Shown: one piece after another, positions 25,650-36,800 of the stretch
Layout: every line of letters begins with the position of its first letter
How positions within the stretch are numbered: position 1 is the first letter of the stretch
NCBI GenBank assembly: GCA_951406725.2
Contig: OX597814.1
Coordinates: forward strand, 55,304,001 to 55,368,000
Direction: 5' to 3'
DNA: 64,000 nucleotides
DNA from: Octopus vulgaris
Lineage: Eukaryota
Position numbers and translations under genes: made by a program
The notes under the pieces: generated by a model
What the model was told of the DNA's origin: nothing
The model's database searches: none
What the model saw: only the letters and a program-made list of their open reading frames with translations

Positions 25650-26500
25650 AGTTAAACAACATGCAGTTTTGAGGGGGTCAAATGGTTAGTGCAGGATCTG
25701 AAGAATCAAGATTACAAGAAGCTGGTGCAATGAGTGACCCAGCATGAAGTTGATATCATACATCCAGGTTCAGAGGAACAGAAGCTGTTGAAGCAGAAAA
25801 GGGAGAAAAACAGTAATTCTATCAATTAGTGACTGCAGAAACTATGAGTGAAATTTTGCCAGTCAGTTACATTGTTTTTGCGTTAGATGTGGTCTATTAT
25901 GTTAGTGTGGATAGTGGCAGTAGCCTCATATATACAAGTTGTATTCTAATGTGAACTGTAGAGAGTCAACAGCTGATCCAAGCTTAAGTCCTGGCTCTGG
26001 AAAAAACAAGATTGCCTACCACTGAAGGATTTAGAAATCTCTCAGAAACTACTTGGTTGTAGAGTGAATTGTCTATGTTACACATGGATGACTGATATAT
26101 GCATGTAGAAGCTTAAGATGTGAAGAGAGGTATCATATAAAAAGGCGTGTGTGTGTAATCAGAAATAACAGCAAGCAAGTTACTAACATACATAAGAAAG
26201 AGCATAGACTATATAGCTGAACCTGGGATACACCAAACTTTAGAGAATACAATTCAAAAATATTTTATAGAAACTTCCAATACATAACATGAGACACAGA
26301 TGAAGTCTATAAGTGGACAACTTTACTAAAAGATTCATTCCAAACATGGTCAAAGATTTTAATGCTCTTTTAATTGAGTAAAAGCATTGTCTTTGTCAAA
26401 ATACTAAAGAGCAAGAAGCCTTTGGTATATTACAGAGTAAGTGTCTAATAAATCTCATTCTATGGAAACTGTACTGGTGACAAAGGTGATAGTTACTCCA
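25650..26500 (-). mobile_element. Highly decayed CR1/Jockey-type LINE reverse transcriptase remnant
   Basis: Minus-strand relics SIKIFDHVW (about DxSKAFDRVWH) near 26350 and GVSQ...MLFLMYVSNL (about GVPQGSxLGPLLFxxYINDL) near 26200. Confidence 0.45.
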
Positions 26501-28982
26501 ATACAGGTAGAACCATATTTTTAATTTTTAAAAAAATGACAAGTTGTATCACTTGTCCTTCAAAACGTCCTACTAGTAAAATTGTACATATATGTAGTTT
26601 CAAATCTTGGGATAATCCCAGACTACTTTAATGTTAACTACCTTGTATTTGCCTGGCATTACCTCTCTCCTCCTTTATTATTTAACCCACAAATTATACA
26701 TGATGAACTGAAGTCCTATCAAACGCTTAGTATCAGTCCTATGAACTTTTAGGTTCAAACAAACATTTACAATGAATTTTCCATTTCTCTACTATTATGT
26801 TCCTTTGGAAGGGCGTCAAGCTGTAAAGCACTGCCTCAGGAAACCCATCTAACCCTCACCAGCTTTTCTAACAACGACGACGGCGATGATGATTTATAAA
26901 ACAGTTTATTTTAGCTATCACTGCTAAAGGCCATGCTGGTACATCATCTTCATGATCAGAATTGAAACGTTTAGATTATCTAATTTGAGATAATTAACAC
27001 AATAGCAATGTGGAGCCAAAAATATGACCACATGATAGAGAGAAGGAAAATAGGTCGAAATGTGTCTTAGAGACGTGTACCAAGGTTTTAAAAAAGGTAA
27101 TTACAAACTAAAACAACAGATAACAGGAATTTGTCTTTAAACTTTCGGATTCACAATTAAACGAAATTCGGGACAACTAACATCCTTAAATTACTATCAA
27201 TAAAATGACAACTAGGCCGAGAAAGTAAATTTATGAATTGAACAGTAGCTTCATATTGGTCAGCTTGGACTAAATAAAACTCAAGATAATATAAACACTG
27301 GTCTATGAGTAGACTTTAGCAACAGTAATTGTCGTTACGATTTTACAGACAACGATTTGCAAGAAAATGAGATTTTCAAAAACAACTCACAAAGATTCAA
27401 ACTGGCGAAAAAAATCTAGACTATTTATTATTATACAAGTAATAATTTTCATATATATATATATATCAGATAATATAAGATAGGCATGGTTTATTTATTG
27501 ACTACAATCTGTACGAAATAATGCTAGGGGAGGACATTAAACTAGAGGGATAGAGTCGCTTCCCTTGAGTAGAGCAGTCGCCATTTGTAAATACGCGTTG
27601 AAGCCAACTAAACTAGTCACACAGTGCAAGAGCAACAACAAAACATAATAAAATAAAGAGGACAGATTAGGAAAAGAAAGAAAAACTTAAAGACAACTAA
27701 AAGAGAGAAGAGAAACAAAAGATAAACATAAACCTCCCACTGTCCCCTCCCACATCAAGGCCACGGCACTATCACAGCAAATGTCTCCAAGTTGTGTAGC
27801 ATAAACTATAAGGCAAATCATTAATGGTCAGTCACTTACATTTTGGTAAGATCACACATTCAGACACACAGCCAGACATATGGTTACTATGTGAGGAATC
27901 AGATCATTCTTTCAACTTTGGTTCTGCTAAACCATACATGACATTTCATTTGAAAACAACTCGAAACTAACAATTTTTTAAAAAATGAGGACAGCTTAAA
28001 AAAAAGTTCTTTCGTAACAAAGAAAGAAATACTTCACAAACAATAAGATAAGCTGATTAATTACAACAGTTCAGATTCATTTTGACTTAATTTTTCTTAA
28101 ATTTCCATTTCTTTTTAAGCTTGATATTATAAATAGATCAAAAGAATATTGGAGCCAACTTTTCCGATATAATTACTAGGTCTGTTTATTAGTGGGGGGA
28201 AATGGTAGAGATAGTTTGTTTATTTTTATTTGTTATTTTTTCCTGCGTTATATCCCAACGTGGGGAAAGTATAATTTTCAGTAGTTAATACACCGATTCC
28301 TCACTTGGTGACCAGTGTGTTGGTGTATAAATGTGTGTCCACACCCACATCAATTTGGCACGGTAAAACCCAGAGGCCGCTTAAATCGCCGAAGAGTTCT
28401 GTGAACGAAAGAGTGGGAACCATCAGGATCACCGACCGATGTTTCCAGGAAGTAAAAGGTTTTTAATAAAAGTAGTAGTGGTAGTAGTAGTAGTACAAAA
28501 GGCAGCATGTAAATTTAAGACATCAACAAATGTGTTCAGTGAACGTTAATGATGTCTGAAGCTAAACAAATATTAAGGGGGAAATGTCCGCAAATAAACA
28601 AAGATTAGATTAGCAAAGCAAGTGGTGGAAGTTCTAACAAGTCTCACCACATTAAAAGACTTCCAAGAAGTTGTGACCAACTTAACACAGATTTTCCCAT
28701 CAGGTTATGGCTATAATCATTATTAATTCATTAATACTATTAAGAGAAGTTGCTGAGGAGGGGATGCTGATGATCGATAGAGAACTAAAGAAATAAACAG
28801 CAGGGGAATTAACAGAAGAGAATTGCTGCTGCTGCTAATAAAGACTTATATAGAAAGTGGCGATGGTGGGGATGGTTTTTTTTTTTTCCCCAAAAACCTC
28901 ATTCGTACCGTGCCGTGCAGTTTATACTCATAAGAATCACAGTGATTTTTAAAATAAACAAAAATCGAACAATAAAACTTAC

Positions 28983-29115
28983 GCCGACTGGGTCTCCGAG
29001 GACCGGAGGAAGAGCCGGTGTCAAAATTCCTCGCTCGATCCCTTTCCCGGGAACTATTTTCCTCTATCAATCTTCGCTCCAGTTGGTTAAGCTTGTTTTG
29101 TATTGAAGTGGACAT
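28983..29115 (-). CDS. MAP2K7: First coding exon of dual-specificity MAP kinase kinase 7 (MKK7/hemipterous)-like gene
   Basis: ATG in AAGATGT context; 133 nt = MSTSIQNKLNQLERRLIEENSSRERDRARNFDTGSSSGPRRPSR +1 nt, then donor GTAAGT. It resembles the human MKK7 N-terminus (MAASSLEQKLSRLEAKLKQEN...PQRPRP), which as I recall also has a phase-1 intron here. It lies in a CpG-retaining zone. Kinase-domain exons were not seen in the window. Confidence 0.82.
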
Positions 29116-29250
29116 CTTGAAGCGCGGTCACATGACCGTAGCATACAAATATAGCGAGACATTCATAGACACCGATTAAAGTAGTAACTAAACGCAAATA
29201 ATTCTAAATTTTTATCATGTTTTTTTTTAAGACATACAAAATTTTATTTC
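29116..29250 (-). promoter_or_regulatory. 5' UTR/core promoter of the MAP2K7-like gene with near-palindromic E-box CGGTCACATGACCG (29125-29138)
   Basis: GTCACATGAC matches a USF/MiT-TFE (CLEAR/M-box-like) site; CpG dinucleotides are retained at about 26800-29950, unlike the flanks. TSS unknown. Confidence 0.5.
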
Positions 29251-29698
29251 TGGATGACATGAAAATCATATATATATTTTTTTTAATCTGACTGAGAATC
29301 AAAAAAGAAATCAAATTAATTTCTCAACATTCAACTAAATAGTTTGTTGTTGTTTATATTCAAGTGAGGAAAGAGGAGTGAACAAGTGTCTCTGAAATCT
29401 AAATGCTTCTCTAGATGGATTAAAGGGACTTATAAATAAACACGCGAAGGTTTGACATTTCGATCCATTGAGAGAATTAAATTTTAATCAATTAAAAAGT
29501 AGCTTATTGTAAAGTTTGTTTGTTTCTTTTTTTTAATTTTTTTTACGTTACATCGGTTTCAGTGTGAATTTTTAGATATTTGTATTTGATAGGAAGGGTT
29601 GAACTCGAAGTAATTTTTAAGCCCCTAAACCTTCGGGATTGAGATCGTGGAATAAAGTTGTCGAAATTGAGTTGTAAATCAGTAATGTTACTGTTTAA

Positions 29699-30681
29699 AA
29701 GTAATTGGATGAGTGTACCCCAGAAACTAAACTGTAAGTTCAGTTTCTTGGTGGGGGGGTTATTTTTTTTAATATTTAGGAACATCTGGGTGACTGCTCA
29801 GATTACCATTCAAAAAGAATTTGAACTGTCTTGGCAATTACTATATAGGAATAAATGAATGAGGTTACTATGGTTAATATCGATTAAAGATTGAAAGCTT
29901 AGTTCAATTACTGGTGGGGATCATTAGTAAAAAATATATGTCCATGACACGATTTCAATTCTTAGTTGAAACGAGTGATTGAATTAGTGTTTTATTATAC
30001 ATTTCATCATAAATATCTGCTCTAAAAGCCACTGTTTCTTCATATTTTTTCTTCAAATAGCAGCTTCGTTAATCCTTATAAATTTCCCAATTCAAATATA
30101 ATTTTGAACAAATTTTCTATGTATTTCAATTTTACATCATCCCATCCTTGAAATATATATTTATATATATATATATATATTGATAACACGCTGGTGTTAA
30201 ACTGTTTCTATACTTGGATGGAGAAAATAAACTCCACGTGAAATTTATTTTTCCTAAATAAAGTTTGGTCAGGAGAGAAAATGATTACTAGTTTGAAAGA
30301 ATAATGGAAAAGAGAGTGTGAAGACACTTATTTACAACAGAAATACGAAACTGTTGTTTTGGATAAACTCCTTCACATGCATTAATACATACATACAAAC
30401 ACACATAGATATAAATTACACACATACATATAAATAAATATATGTATGTGTGTATGTACGTGGCTGTGTGATAAGAAGCCTGCTTCTCAAACACATGGTT
30501 CCGAGTTCAGTCCCCTCATTCATTTATTCCTAGACAGTAATTGTCAAGACAGTTCAAATTCTTTTTGAATGGTAATCTGAGCAGTCACCTAGATGTTCCT
30601 AAATATTAAAAAGATAACCTGCCCCCCACCAAGAAACTGAACCTACAGTTAAGTTTCTGGGGCACACTCATCCAATTACTT
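29699..30681. repeat. Inverted duplication: 29699-29864 copied in reverse at 30514-30681
   Basis: About 166-bp arms align as reverse complements with scattered mismatches; the second arm interrupts a SINE. Confidence 0.92.
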
Positions 30682-30945
30682 AGGCCAGTGTCTTCTATTG
30701 TAGCCTCAGACTGACCAAAGCCTTGTGAGTGGATTCGGAAACTGAACGAAGTCCGTTGTGTATATATGTATATATCTATGTGTTTGTCCCCCTCCGCTTC
30801 ACAACCGGTGCTGGTGTGGTTACATCCAGGTGTCTTAGCGGTTCAGCAAATGAGACCAATAGAATAAGTACTAGGCTTAAGAAATAAGTCCTGGGGTCGG
30901 TTTGCTCAACTAAAACTCTTCGAGGTGGTACTCCAGCATGACCAC
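30458..30945 (+). mobile_element. SINE (composite) interrupted by the inverted duplication
   Basis: GTGGCTGTGTG...GAGTTCAGTCCC head resumes as GGCCAGTGTCTTCTATTGTAGCCTC after the insert; compare intact copies at about 54170-54330 (-) and 57940-58390 (+). Confidence 0.75.
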
Positions 30946-30949
30946 ACTA

Positions 30950-31925
30950 CATCTGATTCCTCTTATCCCCAGTTTTTTTCTCAATACATTTTCACTTTAT
31001 TGTACATTTTGGTGTTGCACATCCAACAGAGCATACTGGCTTTATTCATTTTTTTGTCTTCACATCTCTGCTTTCAGGAGCCCCATCTCACTACCATGTA
31101 GTCTTTTGTGTATAGGCATCATTCAATCTGCCTTTCACTCTGAGAAAAAGACTTTTTGTTACCAACGGATGCAATAGCTCTCTGAACTTTCTCCATCCTG
31201 TTCTTATTCTAGCAACTATACTTTCAGGACATCCTCCACTGCAAATTAGGTCACCTAAGTAACAAAGACCATCTACGACCTCCAAGGTAACTCTTGAGCA
31301 CTTAAAAAAATCTATTTCCCATGTGTCCTTAGCATTTATTGCTCCTGCACATTTGCGACATATGAAGTCTGCTTTTTTCATTGACCTTCCTGTTATTCCA
31401 CTGCACCTCTTGTGTGTCCATAGTTTGCACATATGGTTTGTTTTCCTGCAACAAAAAATTTTGTTTTGCTAAGTTAATTTTAATTCCAGGTTTTGCTTCC
31501 ACACCAGGAATATTTTTTCTAATTGTACCACAGATCCTGCTATAAGAATACAGTCACCAGCATATAGTAATTCCCTGGGACAATCAGTTTTAAATCACTT
31601 TGTTATAGCCTGTAGGATTATAATGAATGGTGGGTAACAAGGACTGAAAACCAAACCCTGGTGAATCCTACTTGTACGCTAAATTTGTTGGCATATTTGT
31701 TACTAACTTTCACCTTATTGCCAGTACCCCTGTACATTGTTTGCACGGTTCTCACAAGCCACTTATCTACTCCTAGCTCCCTCGGAGACCACTAAATAAT
31801 GGAGTGAGGAACCCTATTGAAAGTTTTCTCCAGGTCAATGAATTCCAAGTACAATAGCTTACTTCCACAGTTTTCTTACTAGAAAGATAACATCAGTAGT
31901 ACTTCTCTCTGGCACAAAACCAAGC
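30950..31925 (-). mobile_element. RTE-clade LINE fragment (RT end, PHD-like finger, C-terminus)
   Basis: ORF CKLWTHKRCSGITGR...FICRKCAG...LEVVDGLCYLGDLI...ARIRTGWRKFRELL; RT motifs upstream (DLEKTFNRVP, VGFTRV, ELLYAGD). Confidence 0.85.
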
Positions 31926-32911
31926 TCCTAAACTATCTTTGCACTTTGACTGTGTTTCCAAATTTCCAGTAACACTTTAAGATAAATTTCCTTTGCTCAA
32001 AGCTTAGTCTGGCATTCTTCATTATTTCTAATAGGTTAAATTTAAAAGGAAATGAAAACTGAGTTATTAGTTATTAAAGTGTGTATACATTTTTGTGGAA
32101 CACCCTATTTGAACCAAGATTCAACTCAATTGGTCCTCTGGTCAATAGTAAATATCAGCAGACCAAGAAGTGGTGATTGATTACAGTTTAAATTGTATCT
32201 GCTGCTCTTTTATACAAGCATGTGGCCATTGATGTCAATTGTTATTCATCAAGTTTGAATAAGCTCTGTTTTAATGTTCTTAAGAAGAACTTAGGTTATG
32301 TCATGGAAGTTGAAATAAGTTTATTTTTACACTAAGGATTTGAGCAGCGAATGAATGATATAAAGTTTCTCTGTAAAAGATAAGTCACTGTACTTTGATC
32401 TATTCTTCTACTGATACCTTATCTATTGATGCCTAGGTAATGCTGGTGATGTTTCCTTTATCTGTTGGTTTCCAAATATATTTCAAAACAGCTGTGACAT
32501 TTTCCAAGTATTGGTGATGCAATTAGGTGTTGTGCTTGTGCCGGTGACTTTAGAATGAATGCTTTGTGAGTTCTATATAGCATGTTGATGTGTTATTGAC
32601 AGAAACTTCAAGGACAGTCTACAAAGCTTTTATATAAACTCTCTTGATGTATGATTAACAACTAATGCCAAAGATCACATGATTACCTGAAAGCACAGAG
32701 AATACAATTTATGCTTTTATCAGTTGTTTCTACTCAATCTGATGATGATAATTAGTCAACAAAAAGACTATATCATCATCATCATCCTTCAACATCCGTT
32801 TTCCATGCTGGCATGGGTTGGATGATTTGATCAGAGCTGGAGAGCTTCACCTGGTTCCAGTCTAATTTGGCTTGGTTTATATGGCTAGATGCTCTTCTTA
32901 ACACCAACCAC

Positions 32912-33798
32912 AGATCTTTTCACTTTGACCAGCAGATTTTTAAAATAATTTCTTTGTAACTAAACACTTTTAAACTTTGTATACTGGTAGTGTGTTACAT
33001 AAAACATCTTTTTCTCTTGGCTTTCTTGAGAAAATTCTGCAGTTTGTAAGCTATTTGTTGTTTAATTTCAACCAATCAATGACGTCTATTGAGTTGAATA
33101 CAATATCTGCCATATTTTGTCAACAACATTTTCTGGCGGTGTCATATGAATTTGTCACTGTTATTTATGACATATTTCATATCAGTTGCGTTCATATGAA
33201 TAAAAGATTATCATTATTAAACTTTTATTAATAAACACATATTCTAAGTTCACAACATATGCAGTTTTAATTTCCCTCTCTGTTGCACAGATACACACAT
33301 TACATATATATTCGTTTAAGAAACAGATTGGGTTTATTGACATTTCTGAAGAAAAAAATATACCCTTCCCCCAACCCTAACCCTAACCCTAAAACAGATT
33401 GAAATGCAATAGATTGATACTAGGGTCGTAATTATGGGTGGACACTAAAGAGGGAACAGTTTTGTTATCCAGCTCTATTTACGAGTGACTCCTCAGTTTA
33501 TGGCTACAGGGTATCATTTTTCTCATAAATAACAGTGACAAATTCATATGACACCGCCAGAAAATGTTGTTGACAAAATACGGCAGATATTGTATTCAAC
33601 TCAATAGACGTCATTGATTGGTTGAAATTCCGAAATGCAAGAAATTAAACAACAAATAGCTTACAAACTGCAGAATTTTCTCAAGAAAGCCAAGAGAAAA
33701 AGATGTTTTATGTAACACACTACCAGTATCCCAAGTTTAAAAGTGTTTAGTTACAAAGAAATTATTTTAAAAATCTGCCGGTCAAAGTGAAAAGATCC
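32912..33798. mobile_element. Non-autonomous DNA transposon with ~260-bp TIRs and 8-bp TSD (Merlin- or Mutator-like)
   Basis: Arms 32912-33170 and 33523-33798 are near-perfect reverse complements; termini (A/G)GATCTTTTC...GAAAAGATCC; TSD CCAACCAC at 32904-32911 and 33799-33806. Confidence 0.9.
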
Positions 33799-33899
33799 CC
33801 AACCACTTTTCAGTGAGTGCTGGGTGCTTTTAACATGGTGCTGGCATGAGTGCTTTTTATGTGGCACCCGCATAGGACTCTTGCAGGCCAATCCTCTTC

Positions 33900-36800
33900 A
33901 CCAAGGGATGCAAGCCTTACTACTTCTGCTGTGGAGTTTTGATACAGTGAAGTGCCAGGTATACATGCATCATACAATATTCCTTTTACTCAGAGAGAAA
34001 AATCTCTGGTTACCAACAGAGGTGAAAACTCTTTGAGTTTTCTCCATCCTATTTTTATTCTAGCTTCTAGCTATCACACTCTCCATACATTCCCCCAACT
34101 ACTAATTTGGTTACCTAGGTAATGGAAATTATCCACTACCTTTAAAGAGGCTCCAGGACATTTGAGAAAGTCAATTTCCTGAGTATCTGTAATTTTTATG
34201 GTTCCTGTGCATCTTCCATATATGAACACTACTTTCTCTGATAATCTTCCTGTTATTCCTCTGTACCTCTTATGTGTCCATAGCTTACACTGGGTACACT
34301 GTATGGAATTCCTGCCTACACCTTTCCTATGAATCGAGCAGGGCCACTTACCTGAAGAAGGAAGGGTCCTGTCTGTTCTCTTGCTTACTAAAACCTTAAT
34401 CTTTATTAAGTAACCTTAAGGCCCTTAGATTCCAATTTTTGTTTTCACACATGGAATTTCTTTTCTAGCTTTGATATAGAACCTGCTATGAGAGCAAAAT
34501 CAACAGCATGTAGTAGATCCCAAGAGCTGCCAGTCTTGGATCCCTCTGTTATGGTTTGGAGGACAATGATGAAAAGGTGGGGATTGAGGATTGAGCATTG
34601 ATGGATGCCTACCTGTACACCAAATTCTTCACTGTACTCATGGTTAACTCTCACCTTACTGACAGCATCTCTGTCAGTAAGGATCCTCGTATGGAGGACC
34701 TTGAACTGTCACAACCTCCTTTTCCATGTCAGCTTGTGTCTCTGAATCCTTCTGGCCCTAAATCTGAAGTCACTAACCACAATCCCTATGTTGAGTTATA
34801 CATTCTTCACCAAGAAAAGAGTTTGCATTTATGAGCATGCACATGTTCCTGAGTCTGGTGAGGACGTAGCCTATTCTGGTTGGTGTACCCACCAGGTATA
34901 AGGCCTGTACAGCTCTCACAGGCCACTTGTTTATCCCTAGTCTCCTCAGAGACCACCACATCACAAAGCAGGGAAGGCTTTCTCTAGATCAACAAATGCC
35001 AAATATAATTTTAGGTTTATTCTTAGCTAAGTACTTCAGTTGTTTGACTATGGAAAAAGCATTAGTAGTATTTCTCCCTAGGACGAAGCCAAACTGCATT
35101 TTTGTCTGATCTAATTCTGCTCCTAATTAATTGGGCTGTATCTCTCTCCAATATTTTCATCATCTGGTCCAGAAGTTTGATGCTTCTATAATTACTCCTA
35201 TCTAAGATATCTCCCTTACCCTTGTAGCAGCTAACAATAATGCTGCTATACCAATTACTGAGTATTATGCCTTCCTGAATAACGTGATTAACTATGCAGG
35301 TGACTAGCCCATATCCTACCTTACCAGATATTTTGAGCATCTCAGCAGTGACTCCAGATGGCTTTCCCTGTTTCATATCTTTAATTGCCTTATCTACCAT
35401 ACTTCCATTTGCTACGATAACTGGTCCATCTGTTGGGTTCACATGAGAGACTCTCTTTATCCCATTCTTCACATTCAGTAGCCTTGCATAGTAACTTTTC
35501 CACATATCTTTCTTGTCCAGATCATCAAGTGTAAGCATACTATTATCCATCTATGCACACTTCTCTCTCACAATATCTTGATTGTCTCTGATACACTGTC
35601 TAGCAATCCAGAACACCTCAAGTCTCTGATCTTCACATTGTAAGACATTGGCAAACCTCTTCCTTTCTGCTTCTGCCCTATCTAGATAAACCTGACATCT
35701 GGCTTCCCTTTTAGCTTTCTGATATGATTCTTTGCTACCAACTCTTTTCCATTCTTTGCAGACCTGTCTCTTCACTTTTATGGCCTTGTCAACATCACTT
35801 CTACCACCATGTTATTCTTGGTCTGGCAGAAGATTTGCTCCCACCACAGATTTGGTTTGTCACCCTCAGAAGATATTCTACAGGAACTCCCAGTTGTCCT
35901 CTACATCATATGCCTCTGTCTCTTCCTCCTTCTCATCAAAGGCTTAATTAAGTACATCTCTAAATCTCTGCTCATTTGAAGGATCCTTGAGCTTCCACAG
36001 CCTCCGTTTCATATCAGCTCATCTCTCTGAATCCTTCTTGCCCTAAGTCTGAAGTCACCAACCACTAGCCTATGTTGAGTTATACATTCTTCATCCAGGA
36101 AAAATTTTGCATTTATGAGCATACACCTGTTCCTGTGGTGAGGATGTAGTCAATCTGGTTGGTGTGCCCACTACATTGGTAAGTGATCAGATGGTTGGTA
36201 GGTTTCCTGAAGTTGATGCTGCAGACCAGTAAACCATGAGCATCACTAAAAATCCAGCAGCCTAGTCCCCTCCTCATCTCTAAATCCAATGTCATAGCCT
36301 CCATGACACCTTGAAATCCATCAGGATGTCTTCCAGCATGTCCAATGAAGTCTCCTGCCTTGATGGGAATACTATTTTTTGTCAATTAGGTAGTCCCAGA
36401 GGAGGTTTGTAGAAGTGGTCCTTCTAAGTATCTGCTAGTCTAGCATGCAGAGCATATACAGAGATAACTGACACTGTTACACCAAACAAGGCTATTCTTA
36501 GCTTAATAATCCTATCATACTAAGACTGCCTCAGTCATCTTATCCACCCACTTCTCTGCTAGCGGAATACCCATGCCACCTAGATCTTCATTGTAGCCTA
36601 TCCAGAAAAAATTGTATCTATATCTCTTGCCCATAAGCAGTCTGGCTGCGGTTCCATTGTACCGCTTGCACACAGCATACATCTACAAGTCTCAGCTCAG
36701 GTATTTCAGCTATCTCTCCAGACCTACCTTTCATTGTGCCAATGCTGGTTGTGGCAGCTCTGAGCTTATAGAACTGGGAAGAAGGTTGGTAAAATGTTTT
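33900..36800 (-). mobile_element. Near full-length decayed RTE-clade LINE (APE endonuclease, RT, PHD-like finger)
   Basis: Minus-strand peptides TSIGTMKGRSGEIAE...VDVCCVQ (APE start), AGDFIGHAG, NQIDYILT, YKGKGDILDRSNYRSIKLL, VGIHQCSILNPHLF, DLLHAVDFAL; many stops and frameshifts. Confidence 0.9.

Noticed and set aside
28846-28982. C-terminal half of the 89-aa ORF (RKFYCSIF...)
   Set aside because: It lies beyond a perfect GTAAGT donor and is intron read-through, not protein.
33375-33392. Interstitial telomere or chromosome fusion site
   Set aside because: Only three units, and internal to a transposon whose relative carries the same tract.
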